Below, in pieces: positions 25,491-38,737 of a stretch of 64,000 nucleotides of DNA. Each line of letters opens with the position of its first letter. Position 1 is the first letter of the stretch. The translations under genes and the position numbers were made by a program. This stretch comes from Chrysemys picta bellii. Taxonomy: Eukaryota. A model generated the notes under the pieces. It was not told where the DNA came from. It saw only the letters and a program-made list of their open reading frames with translations, and did not search any database. The DNA lies in contig NC_088791.1 in assembly GCF_011386835.1 (NCBI RefSeq), positions 23,374,001 to 23,438,000 on the forward strand. Direction: 5' to 3'.

Positions 25491-26417
25491 CTTACATTAC
25501 AAGTTTATTGTGTTACCTATAGAAGGAGAGGGGTCAGAAATACAATATAAAGGAATTCCGCAAAGTCGAGGCAGTCTAGGTTACAAGTTACAGTAAGTAC
25601 TCCATATTGCTATTAATGAAAGTCATCTCAATTATTTTATATCAGTTTATGCTACTGAAAAATTGTTCCTCAATGGTGCCAGCCACCAGTGTGTAAGGCA
25701 TGGAATCTAGTGCATATAGTTATCTTGAGAACACTACTACAGTGATCACCATCGAAACCTACACCATTACTCCATCATAGGGCCAAATGTACCTATACCA
25801 CCTCATACCAGTTGAGGATCTGACCCATATCCTAAGCATACAGAAAACCCCCCAATTTTGATACATTGTATGTCACTTGCACTTTCATTTTTCAATGTGA
25901 ATCATGAACCAATTATTTAATACAACTCAGTGCATGATCAAATTCAATAATAAAAACCTAATGGTCTATCTGGCAGAAGAGGGCAATAACAGCAAACACT
26001 TTACTACCTAAAAGGAGATATTGTATTAAAGGTGAAAAGATACGATCATCAAGAGACCTATATAACAGATCTGGAAAAAATGGGGTACTTTTAAACATAA
26101 GGACATATGCCAACCTTCTGGCACTAATCTACCCCCAGTCTCGTGTAGCGTGACATAACTCTATTTAAATGAATGTAGCTACAAACATTTACATAAGCTG
26201 AGTGTTGAGGCCTATGGTCCTTCTACTTGCAAAAAGATCCTGGTTAGAGACATCAGCTCAAATTGTTTTGTTCCACTAGGTTTTTCACTAAGTGTTTAAA
26301 AAAAAACAATGTTATTTTCAGTTCTCTTGACTAGTGTTTGTTATTTTACAGAACTAATTATTACACAGAGTAAGAGGATTACAATAATGTATCAAAACCA
26401 ACACCTTGAATCTTGAT

Positions 26418-26960
26418 AGGAGTAGAGAGGTTATTTTACCTCTGAATTTGGCACTGGTGTGACCTCTGCTTGATTACTGTGTCCAGTTCTGGTGCCCATA
26501 ATTCGAGAAGGAGAGGGTTCAGTGAAGCACCACAAGAATGATTAAACGATTAGAAAACATGCAATATAGTGACTGACTCAAGGAGCTCTATCTATTTAGC
26601 TTAAAGAGGAGAAAATTAAGGGGTGACTTGATTACAGTCTATAATTACCTACAGCAGGAACAAATATTTGATAATGGGCTCTTCAGTCTAGCAGAGAAAG
26701 GTATAACAAGATCCAATGGCTGGAAGCTGCAGCTAAACAAATTCAAATAAGTTGTAATTTTTTTAACAGTGAGGGTAATTAGCCATTGGAACTGATTACC
26801 AAAGGTTGTGGTGGATTCTCCATCACTTTTTAAAATCAAAATTGAATGGTTTTAAAAGATATGCTGCAGTACAAAAGGTATTATTTAGGGGAAGTCCTAT
26901 GGTCTGTGTTATACAGGAGATTAGAATAGATGATCACAATGGTCCTTGGAATCTATGAAA
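26418..26960 (+). mobile_element. CR1 LINE 3' portion
   Basis: End of ORF2 (tactgtgtccagttctgg...ggtgacttgattacagtcta...) through the 3' tail gatgatcacaatggtcctt..ctatga. Confidence 0.85.
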
Positions 26961-27193
26961 AAAAAAGTCTTATGGAAGATGGACCATAATGCACCACTTA
27001 AACTTATTCTTACTAGGATGTGAAACACCTGAAACAAGTTTTGGTCAGAATTTGCCGATGTGTCAACAATAAAATGTTTCATGGAGATGGTTTATTTTGA
27101 CAAAATTCAGACAGAACCTAGGCAAGGTTCAAAATATACCTAGTTTCCTCGGTAGTCTGCCTGGTGAGCTGATGGGGAACTGAGAGTCTAGAA

Positions 27194-27528
27194 CAGGGAT
27201 CGGCAACCTTTGGCACGCAGCCTGCCAGGGTAAGCACCCTGGCGGGCCGGGCTGGTTTGTTTACCTGCCACGTCTGCAGGTTCGGCCGATTGCAGTTCCC
27301 ACTGGCCATGGTTCACCATCCCAGGTCAATGGGGGCTGCAGAAAGTGGCACAAGCCAAGGGATTTGCTGGCCGCCACTTCCCGCTGCCCCCATTGGCCTT
27401 GAGCGGCGAACCGCGGCCAGTGGGAGCCGCAATTGGCCGAACCTGCGGATGCGGCAGGTAAACAAACCGGCCTGGCCCGCCAGGGTGCTTATCCTGGTGG
27501 GCCACATGCCAAAGGTTGCCGATCGCTG
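27194..27528. mobile_element. hAT MITE (CAGGGATCGGCAACC TIR group)
   Basis: TIRs, 8-bp TSD GTCTAGAA, internally palindromic. Confidence 0.92.
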
Positions 27529-28793
27529 GTCTAGAAGCCTCAGTCCCCAGGCTCACAGCTCTTGGGTATCCCAGGCTCTGTGGGTCTGTGGCTCCAGGAC
27601 AGGTGGACTGCCTTGCATTAGGACTCCATTTCCTTTTATGGAGAATCTCAAAATGTTTTGGTTTTGTTCCAAATTTCTAAATATCCAAATCCTCTGAAAA
27701 ACAGAATTACCTTTCTACATTCAGCTGTACTGCTCCCCTTATTCAAGGCAGGAGTTCGATCCCTGGGACGATCCCTGACCTAGCAACTTCCAGTAAGTCA
27801 AAGGAATTACACTAATTTTAGTCAATGACACTATTCAGCTGAGTAGGACAAGCATAATTGTGCCTCAGTTCTCAAAGCATTTTGAGGTAAAGATCTGGTG
27901 CAGAAAGGGGGTCATGAACGCCTTTTCCTTGGTGTTGAACTGGATGTTTCATTTCTTGTCCCAAGTTTCTTTTGAAGATTTGGCATCTGAACAGATCCCA
28001 AAACTCAAAGTGAAACTTAGAATTAAACACTGTTGCCAGATCTCCTGAACTATTGCAAGTTTTGTGATATTTGATGTTCGCAGGAGCGGTGTGATGATGA
28101 GAGAATCACAGATTTCATTGAGGGAATTACAAATGAACAAACAAACAAACAAAACTTCTAGTTGCCATAGTTCCAGATAAAGCTTAAAAACACGAAACCT
28201 AAAAGGGAAATAAAAAGAAGCCAAATTTTAAACAAAAATAGAATGAATTTGAAACCAAACATTCTCATGATTTTTTTAATACTTGGGGTTGGCAAATCTG
28301 TGGGAAATCATGGTGTGTCACATCAGGACCATGTGAGACAGTTATTTTTGCATCTTTTCAATGAGATCCGCCCATGTTCACTGGAAGAAGTCACATTTCT
28401 TAGAAAAGTCTTCCAAGGAACTCTGGCTGAGTTTCAAATTGGTAATTAACTTCAAAAACAGTGACTTTGTGTTTTCAAGTTTTATTGCAAGCAGTATGCA
28501 TGGTTCTATTTTAAAGCAAAAAAGCATTACAATTTTGCAAAACTTTATTCATGTACCACTCATTACATTATTGCGTCATTTTTAGTTGGTGCTGTTCATT
28601 AGAATGTGTAGAAAAATCAAGCATGTATGCAAGTAGATTAATGAGTTGCATGTAATAACATAATTAGAACATGTAAAGTGTATGTTTATCTTTTGGAAGA
28701 CATAATTCATGTGATATATAGGGCCTAGTTTTACTATTAAATAAACTGGGTAAAATTAGTGTAACTCCTTTGACTTACTGGAAGCTGCTAGGT

Positions 28794-28987
28794 CAGGGAT
28801 CGTCTCAGGCCAATGGGGGCGGCGGGAAGCAGCGCGGGCCGAGGGATGTGCTGGCCACCGCTTCCCGCCGCCTCCATTGGCCGGGAGCAGCGAACCGCAG
28901 CTACTGGGAGCTGCGATTGGCCGAACCTGCAGACGCAGCTGATAAATTTACACTGGTGGGCCGCATGCCAAAGGTTGCCGATCCCTG
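28794..28987. mobile_element. hAT MITE (same group), internally deleted
   Basis: cagggatcg ... gttgccgatccctg, TSD TGCTAGGT. Confidence 0.9.
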
Positions 28988-31900
28988 TGCTAGGTGCTCA
29001 CTTTTTAAAAATTAGATTACATATTTAGGCACATAAATATATATTTAGGAGCCAAGCTTAAAAAATGGATGCCTAAAGTCTTGGCCAGTGTCCATTAAAA
29101 GTCCTAACCAACACTTCCTGAACTATAAATTTTGAATACTTACAAGTAATTCACAGACCAAAATTTTTCACTGAAAGTATTTGGTCAAGAAACTCATGTT
29201 GAGAATAAGGAATATTGCTATTTGTTCACAGACAATTTACAAACTGAAGAAGTGACATTCTCTGAATAAGTCTTTTGCTACAATTTTTTGGCCCAGCTCT
29301 TTATTCGCCCGCAAACAGCTATTATTCTATCTAGGCATTTATACCATGTTCATCACCTTGCTATCTGAATGCCTTATTCCACCAGAAAAAAATCAGGACC
29401 ACTATAATTATGATACACTATAGCTCTGTGATGGGCTCCTTTAAATCTCCCAACAGATTAAACACTGGGAATTAAATTTTTAAGTGGGTAGTTCCCTGAA
29501 GAGCTCCCATTATTGTTCTCCATATTTGTGCATGTAACCTTCACATAAACTTAAATGTGCCCTGTATGTCCAATAAATACCCATAGGAACATTTTAATTT
29601 AATCCATTACACAGCTGGAATTCAGTTTGCCATCAATATTTCACTGCAGTTCTTGTAAAGAAAGGACTTTTTCAGAACTTGAATTTTTTTTTGGTTGATT
29701 GGTTTATTGGACCATGACTATATTTACTATATTCATGCTTTCAGAATCTGCAGGGTATTTTTCTTTTATTTGTGAACAGAGTGAGAAATAAGAGTGGACA
29801 GCATAGGTAGTTCTTGAAGGCTAAATCCTTGCTATGTTTCAAGTACTGTATTTTAAAATTTCTGGAAAGCATCTTTCATTCGAAGGTCTTTGGAAGTGAA
29901 ATATGCTCCATCTGATGCGATCACAGCCAGCCGGTTGCTATTCTGCTAACAAAATCAGGGTTTAACTAGTTTGTAGTGACTACGGCAGAGGAGCTCTATC
30001 AAAGCCGAGTCTGGCCAAGCCATGTCATTCTGAAAGGGTTAAATAAACCTCCGAGGTGGAGACTTTGGTTTGTGATCCAAGTTTGAAGTATGTCCTTTCA
30101 GTTCTATCAATGAAAAATAAAAGGGGGTTCTATTAGACTTATTGAGAGTAAGTTTAGCCATGAAACTGTGCCCATCACTTACAAGGTGAATTTGGTCCAC
30201 TACATTAGCATTTAGCAATTACAGCAGAGGACTATAAGACAGGATTAAGTGTTCTGTTCATGTCTCTGACAGTGGGTGACTGTCAGAATTTGGTAACCTG
30301 GACTGGGGGAGAGGAGAGAATGAGACCAGAGAGAAGGTTTGAGGGGGTGGATAATAGAGTTTTGTGATATACTGCTGCAGTTATGAGTTCATTGAACATG
30401 TCCTTCCTGATGGGAATACATGTTAAGCAAGAGTAGTCTTCATGCCAATATGCCTTTTCTAGGTGATTTGGTTGTTAACTTCAGAATGATGAATAAGGAT
30501 GCAAAATGAATCATCAGAGATTTGTGATAACGATAGAGAGACAGGGAACAGAATGAAGGAATGGGCAGAACTCAGTGAATCAATTTTAAGGTTCACTCAT
30601 TGCAAATGAAAGAAAAATAAGAGGTTTCACCTAAGGTTTCTGAACATGACCTCAGGGCAGCATTGCATCTGGTGAAGAAACAAATTTGGCTTCCTGTGGC
30701 CTATGCTGCATGACAGATTACTGGCAGAAAAAAATATGATTGGATTGAGAGAACATGCTTAAACTTGGTCTTCTGTATGAGGAATACCAGATAGAGTGTG
30801 CGTCCACACTCTTTCTCTGTATATAATGCTAGTATCCTAGTCCCTGCAGCCCTGCCCACCTCAGTATGGTGAAGCCCTTGTAAGAGGACTCATTGAGCCA
30901 AAAAGCAGCCTGATGTTAACTCCCAACAAGGGCTCTGTCAACTCAGCGAAGCATTCTCAGCTGGGAGGTAATCAGGTGCAGGTGAGCACGCCGTAAGGGT
31001 CAGCACATTAAAGGATAGGGATACTCCAATGGGACTAGATAGAACAGAAGAGACAAATGAATGATCTGTTGAGCAGGGGGTAATTTTGCTCACCAGACCC
31101 ATGGCAGGGCACTCTGGGGAGACATAAGACCAGTTCTGTTGCTGGGTTATACATTTGTTTTGTCTTCTGGACGTTACCAACTGTAAATCTTGCCTGGAAA
31201 GAATGCAAACAGTTCTCGGTAGAGATTCTGAACACCCCTGAACTTTAGGGGTGTGTGGGTCCAGGGATTTGGTGGGACTTGTCTATTGTAATAGCAAGTT
31301 CAAAAGGAACACAGATGGCATGATCAGGGGTGTTTAGTCATGGAGGGAAATCACAGAACTCTGATTCTGGAACTTTCCTGGACATTTTCTCCATTACTTG
31401 AGTCTTCCTGTTGGGGGCTGGAGAGAAACAATCAGGTGCTGGGAAGGCTGGGAAGAAGCACTGGCTCTGTAGCTATTGGGCAGGGAGGGGCTATTTGAGC
31501 CAATGCACAAGATTTCCAGATCCCCTGGGAGAGAGCTAGGATAGAGCCTCAGCCACTTGTAGGAGAGACACTGTTAAGAGATGCTAATTTTCATGATGTC
31601 ACTGATAAGTCCAACATGGCTTTAGCAAAATTTGCCATGATTATTTTGCGGATTTGTGTCTGATAAGTCAATTCTACTCCTGATGAAACCACAGAAACAT
31701 GCTGATACCTGGACATCCAGGTTGGGAAATGCAGTGGTTGAGAGACACAAAAGCATTTTCCCATGAAAAACCAGGGAGAAGGGATGATTGTATCAGATGA
31801 ACCTACCTTTATCAGCAACTCGTTTGGAGATGGTTACAGCAGAGACAGTGCAAGAACCAGAGACAGAGAAAAGAAGATCAGACTTTTAGCATAGATGACC

Positions 31901-32184
31901 TAGCACCCCATTAAAGTAATGCAACATATTGAAGAGTTATTATTATGTATGTACTACCAGTGGACTAGGCACATTTTAGAGATGAAAGAGAGGCATTTTT
32001 CATGCCTGAGTATCTTACCTTCTAAATAGTTGAATCTATAGGTGAGGCGGAGGCAGTAACAAAAGCAAGTGATTGAGTTGAGCTGTCAGATGTACGTCTT
32101 GTATGCCATGTTGGGTGTGGGGGTATCATTAGTTATTCTTCTTTGAGATTTAAAGGTGAATGGTGTTTCAAGGAGGGATTACTA

Positions 32185-32310
32185 GATTTGAAGGCTAAAA
32201 GAGCTTGGTGTGTTCATCCAATCTGATCTCTTGCATAACACAAGCCATAGGACTTCACTCAATAATTTCAGAATGAGATCCAATAACTTTTGGTTGAAAG
32301 GAGAATTGAA
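32185..32310 (-). mobile_element. Old CR1 3' tail remnant
   Basis: agatttgaaggctaaaag...tcatccaatctgatctcttgcataacacaagccatagg. Confidence 0.5.
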
Positions 32311-33315
32311 AGAAAACAGAAGGGGCCATGGTGGTGGTGGTGATTCCAGGTGTAAATGACATGAAAGACCTGCCTCCCTTTTGTAAGAACTGTTACTGCA
32401 ATGCTCCAAAACCCTGACATTACCCGGGTGTTAAAATTGTAGTGTTTGGGACCATTCCTGAAGAACACTGTACTATTTCTATGTGTTTTAATGGGATAGG
32501 TATACCAACAGACAGGATCATTCGCAGTACCAGTGTCTATGCAAAATAAAATGCTACACTTAATCCTGGACATCTGAATCACAGCCTCATGAAGCTACAC
32601 ACTGGCTGCGCTTTAAGCAGACGATAAGACATTGCATTACCTATCTTAAGTATTGCTACAATCAAGGAAGTCAGGAGTGATATGCTGGTACCTGCCTACC
32701 ATGACAAAGGCAGGCTCAGACTCATTTATTGAGGACAAGAAGAGCTATTTTTCATTATATTTCAGCTTCAGAGACATTGTCTTGTATATAAATAGAGCAT
32801 CAATTGTTTTAATAATGCACAGGAAATCCATGTTCACTAGGAAATAAATGCTGAAGCTGTCAATGCTGAAGCCCACATTAAGTACTCCAGCAATGAATTT
32901 GAAAAAAAGTGTAGCAAACGTCAAGACAAAAGAAAGAGATTTTGTGTGTCAGAAGACTGCTTTTAAAAACAGTATCAGATAATAACTCAACTTCATGCAT
33001 TTGGTTTTGTCTTATAATGCTGTTTCATTATAATGGGGGTTGTCTACCAAAGAGCTATTAGTGGAACACAAATTACTCAAAATACTTCTCTGTATAAATA
33101 AAAGTGCCCATCAATGAATTCCTGCATAAAAATAGACAGATTGAACAAATGTAGCAAAAATAGTACTTTGACAAAACCAAACATCCTGTGGCATTGGTGA
33201 TAAAGGATACAAAGGAATACTGTTCTGGAACCAGTAAAACGTGTTCTTCTCTGTTCAATATGGCAGGATTGATGGGATTCAATGGTGATGGGACCTCCAC
33301 CAACAAAAAAGGTAA

Positions 33316-34053
33316 TTAAGTTCCCTGTAAGCTGCGTGGCTGCACGGCAGCCTATTTAGCACTGCGCAGGCACTCAGGGAACCCACCCAACCTAGCTCGG
33401 CCCCCAACCTGCTGCGGCCTGGGTGCCCCTCTGCCAGCCCCAAAACTGCTGCAGCCTGGACCTGTCATGGCTGGGGCGGTGCGGCCCGGCCTGGCCCAAA
33501 CCCAGACGCAGCCGGGGTGGCCCGAACCCAGGCGCAGCCAGAGCAGCCCAGCCCGGACCCAGTTGCAGCTGGAGCGGCCCGGTCCAGACCCAGGCGTGGC
33601 CCCAGATGCCCCTCCTCTGGCCATAACCCAGCCCTTGCCTGGACCTGCTGGAGCTAGGGAAGGGGCATCTATCCTGCAGCCCCAACCCTGGAGCTGCCAC
33701 TGCGGGGGAAGTGCCTTTCCCCCTTCCCCCGCCAGCCCAGGTGCTGCTGTGGGAGAGAGAGCTGGGGGGAGTCCTTTCTCTCTGTCATAGCCCCAGAGCA
33801 TCCTCCTGCACCTCAAATCCCTCATCCCTAGCCCCACCCAGAGCCCGTACCCCCAGCCGGAGTCCTCACATCCCAACCCTCTGCTCGAGCCCTGAGCCCC
33901 CTCCCACACTCCAAACCCCTCAGCCCCATCCCCACCACATGAATTTTGTTGTGCACATCAATATGAAGGTGACGTGTCACACATCACCTCCATATTAGTG
34001 CACATAACAAAATTCATTCCGCACATGGGTGGGAAAAATTTGAGGGAACACTG
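33316..34053. mobile_element. GC-rich non-autonomous DNA transposon (hAT-like)
   Basis: Right TIR gagggaacactg, degenerate left end taagttccctgtaag; TSD not convincing. Confidence 0.7.
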
Positions 34054-35184
34054 ATAAGTAGCAATCTGGGAATTTAGAATCTGATTCGTCCTGTACCTTG
34101 TGTAGTCATTTGCATCAGTGCATAATGAATGTAGCGCACTACCAAATCATAATGGTAGCACTTTACACATACTGTACTGCACTGGTGAAAATGACTACAG
34201 AATCAGACACTTTGAGAAAATGATGGCTAACAATGATTATAGGCTTAATGACACTTGCAGGGAATTTTCATAAGTGATGTGTCGAACATAGTGGCCATAG
34301 ACTAAGGTCTTCTCTAATCTGGTTCAGTGTCTTCACTCTTTGGGGCTTTAAATGTCCCAAGCACATCACTGCATAGTGATACTGAGATGTCTTTATTTGT
34401 AAATAATTTAGCATGATTATTGAATGCCAGTATTGATTCTTTAGTTAAGGTTGTAAGACCTGTCTGCTTCTGTTCTATACCTTTTTTTAAAACATGCATG
34501 CACACACACACACAAACCCTGAAGCTTTTGCAGGAGTACAGCTCCTTTCGGATGGGAACTTTTCTGGCTTGATCTCAGGCCAGAGGAGAAGTGTTTCTGA
34601 GAAGTATGAATACCTAAAGACAAGCTATCCCTTAGGTTTAACCATTTGTTTTCAAGACACACATGGTACTGTTTGTGCAGCAACAGCAGAAAATCTAATA
34701 GAAGTTGACTGACTAGATAGTATCACAGGTGTGGAAGCATGGTCCAGTGGTTAGAACACAGAAGTGGGAGTTTGGAAGTCTGTGTTCCGTTCCAAGACCT
34801 GGTCTACATGATGAGTTTAGGTCGAATTTAGCAGCATTAGATCGATTTAACCCTGCACCCGTCCACATGATGAAGCCATTTTTGTTGACTTAAAGGGCTC
34901 TTAAAATCAATTTCTGTACTCCTCCCCAACAAGGGGATTAGCGCTGAAATCAACCCTGCTGGGTCAAATTTGGGGTAGTGTGGACACAATTCAACGGTAT
35001 TGGCCTCCGGGAGCTATCCCAGAGTGCTCCATTGTGACCGCTCTGGACAGCACTCTCAACTCAGATGCACTGGCCAGGTAGACAGGAAAAGCCCCGCGAA
35101 CTTTTGAATTTCCTTTCCTGTTTGGCCAGCGTGGCAAGCTGATCAGCACAGGTGACCTTGCAGAGCTCATCAGCACAGGTGACC

Positions 35185-35515
35185 ATGGAGTCCCAGAATC
35201 GCAAAAGAGCTCCAGCATGGACCGAACGGGAGGTACTGCATCTGATCGCTGTATGGAGAGACAAATCCGTGCTATCCGAACTCCATTCCAAAAGACGAAA
35301 TGCCGGAATATTTGAAAAAATCTCCAAGGGCATGAAGGACAGAGGTTATAATAGGGACCCGCAGCAGTGACGTGTGAAACTTAAAGAGCTCAGGCAAGCC
35401 TACCAAAGAGCCAGAGAGGAAAACGTCCGCTCCGGGTCAGAGCCCAAGACATGCCACTTCTATGATGAGCTGCATAACATTCTAGGGGGTGCCCCTACAA
35501 CTACCCCACCCCTGA
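35185..35515 (+). pseudogene. Harbinger Myb/SANT (trihelix-like) DNA-binding protein remnant
   Basis: MESQNRKRAPAWTEREVLHLIAVW...RGYNRDPQQ*RVKLKELRQAY...CHFYDELHNILGG; in-frame stop at 35368-35370, truncated near 35515. Confidence 0.88.
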
Positions 35516-35728
35516 GCTTCCCTCCTCCCACACCCCTCCCGGGCTACCTTGGCAGTCATCCCCCCATTTGTGTGATGAATTAATAAAGAATGCATGAATT
35601 TGAAACAACAATGACTTTATTGCCTCTGCAAGTGGAGATCAAGGGGGGGAGGGGAGAGAGGTTGGCTTACAGGGAAGTAGAGTGAACCAAGGGGGTGGGT
35701 TTTCATCAAGGAGAAACAAACAGAACTT

Positions 35729-36070
35729 TCACACCGTAGCCTGGCCAGTCATGAAACTGGTTTTCAAAGCTTCTCTGATGCACAGCGCGCTCTGCTGTGC
35801 TCTACTAACCGCCCTGGTGTCTGGCTGTGCGTAATCAGTGGCCAGGCGATTTGCCTCAACCGCCCATCCCGCCATAAATGTTTCCCCATATATTGTGGAG
35901 CACACAGCAAGCAGTAATAATGATGGGAATATTGGTTTCACTGAGGTCTAACCGAGTCAGTAAACTGCGCCAGCTTTTAAACGTCCAAAGGCACATTCTA
36001 CCACCATTATGCACTTCTCAGCCTATAGTTGAACTGCTCCTTACTACTGTCCAGGCTTCATGAGCCATGG
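35729..36070 (-). pseudogene. Harbinger DDE transposase (HARBI1-like) C-terminal remnant
   Basis: SLDSSKEQFNYRL / MVVECAFGRLK and GETFMAGWAVEANRLA...ALCIREALKTSF, with frameshifts. Confidence 0.85.
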
Positions 36071-36884
36071 GAGCAAGGGGTAGGCTGGGGTAGTTGTGAC
36101 CACGCGGTGCTGCTGACTGGGAGAGCAGCCTGAGGCAGAAGCCTTCAGCTGGCATGACATTCCAGGCAGGACTGAATCTCCATTAGACAAAACTTAAAGA
36201 AGAGAATGACCTGGAGTCATTCCCATTTTTGTCCAGGCGCCCCTGACCGACCTCACTGAGGCCGGGCAGGAGCACTCATGTCTGCCCAGGCGCCCCCAAC
36301 CAATCTAACCGAGGTCGGCCAGGAGCACCCATGAGACGACGACAACAGTTAGCACTCGTATTGCACCATCTGCCGTCCGCAAGGCAAGGCAAGGGGATGC
36401 TGCTGTGTAGCACTGCAGTATCGCGTCTGCCAGCAGCACCCAGGAGACATACGGTGATAGTGATCTGAGTGAGGTCCATGCTTGCCATGGTATGTCATCT
36501 GCATGGGTAACCCAGGAAAAAAGGCGAGAAAATTTTTTGCCATTGCTTTCACGGAGGGACCTGACAACATGTACCCAGAACCACCCGCAACAATGTTTTT
36601 GCCCCATCAGGCATTGGGAGCTCAACCCAGAATTCCAATGGGTGGTGGAGACTGCAGAAACTGTGGGATAGCTACCACAGTGCAACGCTCTGAAAGTCGA
36701 CACTAGTCTTGGTACTGTGGATGCACACCGCCAACTTAATGCGCTTAGTGGGGACACACACAATCGACTGTATCAAATTGATTTCTAAAAAATCGACTTC
36801 TATTTAATCGACCTAATTTCGTAGTGTAGACGTACCCCCAGACTCTTCCTTAGGTTTTCCATGTGGCCTCCATTATAACCTTCC

Positions 36885-37867
36885 TGTGATGGGGTGGATT
36901 AGGCTCTGAGGCCCCCTGCTGGAGGCCTCCTGGCCTTGCCATACCCCGCCCCAGAAAAGGGCAGTGGAGAGGCTCCTCCAAGCTACTTAGAGTGGCTGTG
37001 TCGGACACAGCCAATCAGAACGGTCTGTAGGGAGCAGCCAATCAGAGCCCAGAAGGCTAGTATCAAAAGAGCTGCAGACCCAGAGTGAGTTCAGTTCCTT
37101 GCTGGAGCTGGAGGAGAGTGGATGATGTGCTTGACTGGCTGAGAGAGCTACAGGACCTTGGACAGAGCAGCGCTGGTAGAGACCCGGGGAGCAAGAAGGA
37201 GCTCTGGGCTGGCGGCTGGGACTCAACCAGGACAAGGCCCTGAGGTAAGGGTGAAGAATATGCTGGGCTGTGGGGAAGTGGCCTTGGGAATCATAACAGT
37301 GATGCAGTTTATTTAAAGGGATGTGGTGGATAGCTGCTATCTATAGGGTCTCTGGACTGGGCACTGGAGTAGTGGATGGGTGGCCTGCCCTTACCTCCCC
37401 TCCCTCCCATTAGCCACTGGGGAAGTGGCTTGGAGTTTTGATGCACCCCAGAAGGGAAAACTGAACTCTATTAGCGGCCCAGCAGGAGATCTATCCCTGA
37501 GAGGGCAAAGAAATTGCCTCTAGGCAGAGAGCCCTGGAGCACTGCTTTATACCAGAGCAGGGACAATTTGAGAGCCCAGAAGGGGCTGAGAGACTGTTTG
37601 AACCAGGGTACTGTGACAGGCTCTGCTGGACTGATTGAGGAGTGAACCCAGGAATAGGGCTGCAAGTAAAGAGATGTTACAGAGGACACGGAGAGAGGTC
37701 CTGTTAGACTTGTACCTTGGAAAGGGTTTGCTTTTTATTTCACATACAGACTGTGTGAGACTCAGCTGGAGGGCTGAGTTTCTGAAGACTCACCATAAGG
37801 CAGAGAGGAAGTACACATACACTCTGCCAAAGGGGTGCTCGCGAGAGGTGAGTGCCACCCTGTTACA
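36885..37867 (+). mobile_element. Solo LTR (family F)
   Basis: TGTGA...TTACA termini, TSD CTTCC/CTTTC; GC box, two CCAAT boxes, TATA-like motif. Confidence 0.82.
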
Positions 37868-38339
37868 CTTTCATTATGGAAAATGAACATAGAATTATAA
37901 CAGAAAGATCACCCTGTCTACAAAACTAAAGGAAATAATATTCACTAGATTAACAAAAACCCAGAATCCTATTTAAATTTATGTAGAACTATTAGTTTTG
38001 TCCCTATTAAGTTCTACAAGACAGTTATATAAAAGTCTGTTACCCCTCTGGTAAACTAGAGATAATGCTTATCTACCTCTTAAAAGCATTGAGTGTAAAT
38101 TTAAGTGATGTTTGTAAAGTGTTTTGAGATACTAGATTGAAGGGTTACAGAGAAGCAAAAAGAATTCTATACTGCCAGCATGAACATTATAGATTGGGTA
38201 TATCCGAGAACATGGTTGTTTCTATGCCATAATGTTTTCATTGGAGAGCCTCTGTCCCTCTATTGGTCCCCTCCTTTGTTAGTGTATGTAGAGCAAGCTA
38301 TGCAGGAGGCACGGGAGATTTATTTTTTAGTTTTACTTG

Positions 38340-38585
38340 CATTACAGTAGAACCCAGAAGTCACAACTGACATCAGGGCCTCACTGTGCTAGGCAGTGCA
38401 CAGACACCGTAAGAGGCAATACCTGTTCCTTCGAAATTAGCCAAGCAAACAAGTACATTGTATTGTACAGATGAGGAAAAGAGGCACAACAAGATTAAGT
38501 GACTTGCTCAAGGCCACAGAAGAAGTTGTAGCAGAGCTAGGACTTTCACTCAGCTCTCTCAAATGCTCTAACCACAAGGCTGCCC
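38340..38585 (-). mobile_element. MIR-like SINE remnant
   Basis: tacagatgaggaaaa...aagattaagtgacttgctcaaggccacag...agcagagctaggact. Confidence 0.6.
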
Positions 38586-38664
38586 AGGGCAGGTGAACCC
38601 TGGCCCTGTATGCTGGATGTTCTTGTGAGCTCTCCACATAAATAGCTAACTAAATAGCTTTGTT

Positions 38665-38737
38665 GTGTGGACGGGTGCAGGGTTAATTCAATTGAACGCT
38701 GCTAAATTCGACATAACCTCCTAGTGTAGACCAGGCC
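38665..38737 (-). mobile_element. Isolated Harbinger terminal fragment
   Basis: Reverse complement aligns with 34796-34868 (ggtctaca...gtcgaatttagcagc...ttaaccctgcacccgtccaca). Confidence 0.8.

Larger units (their letters stand above)
34795..36837. mobile_element. PIF/Harbinger transposon, internally deleted, inserted in a MIR-like SINE
   Basis: Termini ggtctaca / tgtagac, 3-bp direct repeat CCA on both sides, convergent Myb/SANT and transposase remnants. Confidence 0.88.

Noticed and set aside
33164-33311. KEYCSGTSKTC resembling a disintegrin motif, with a donor at 33312
   Set aside because: No usable acceptor, and the other cysteines of the domain are absent.
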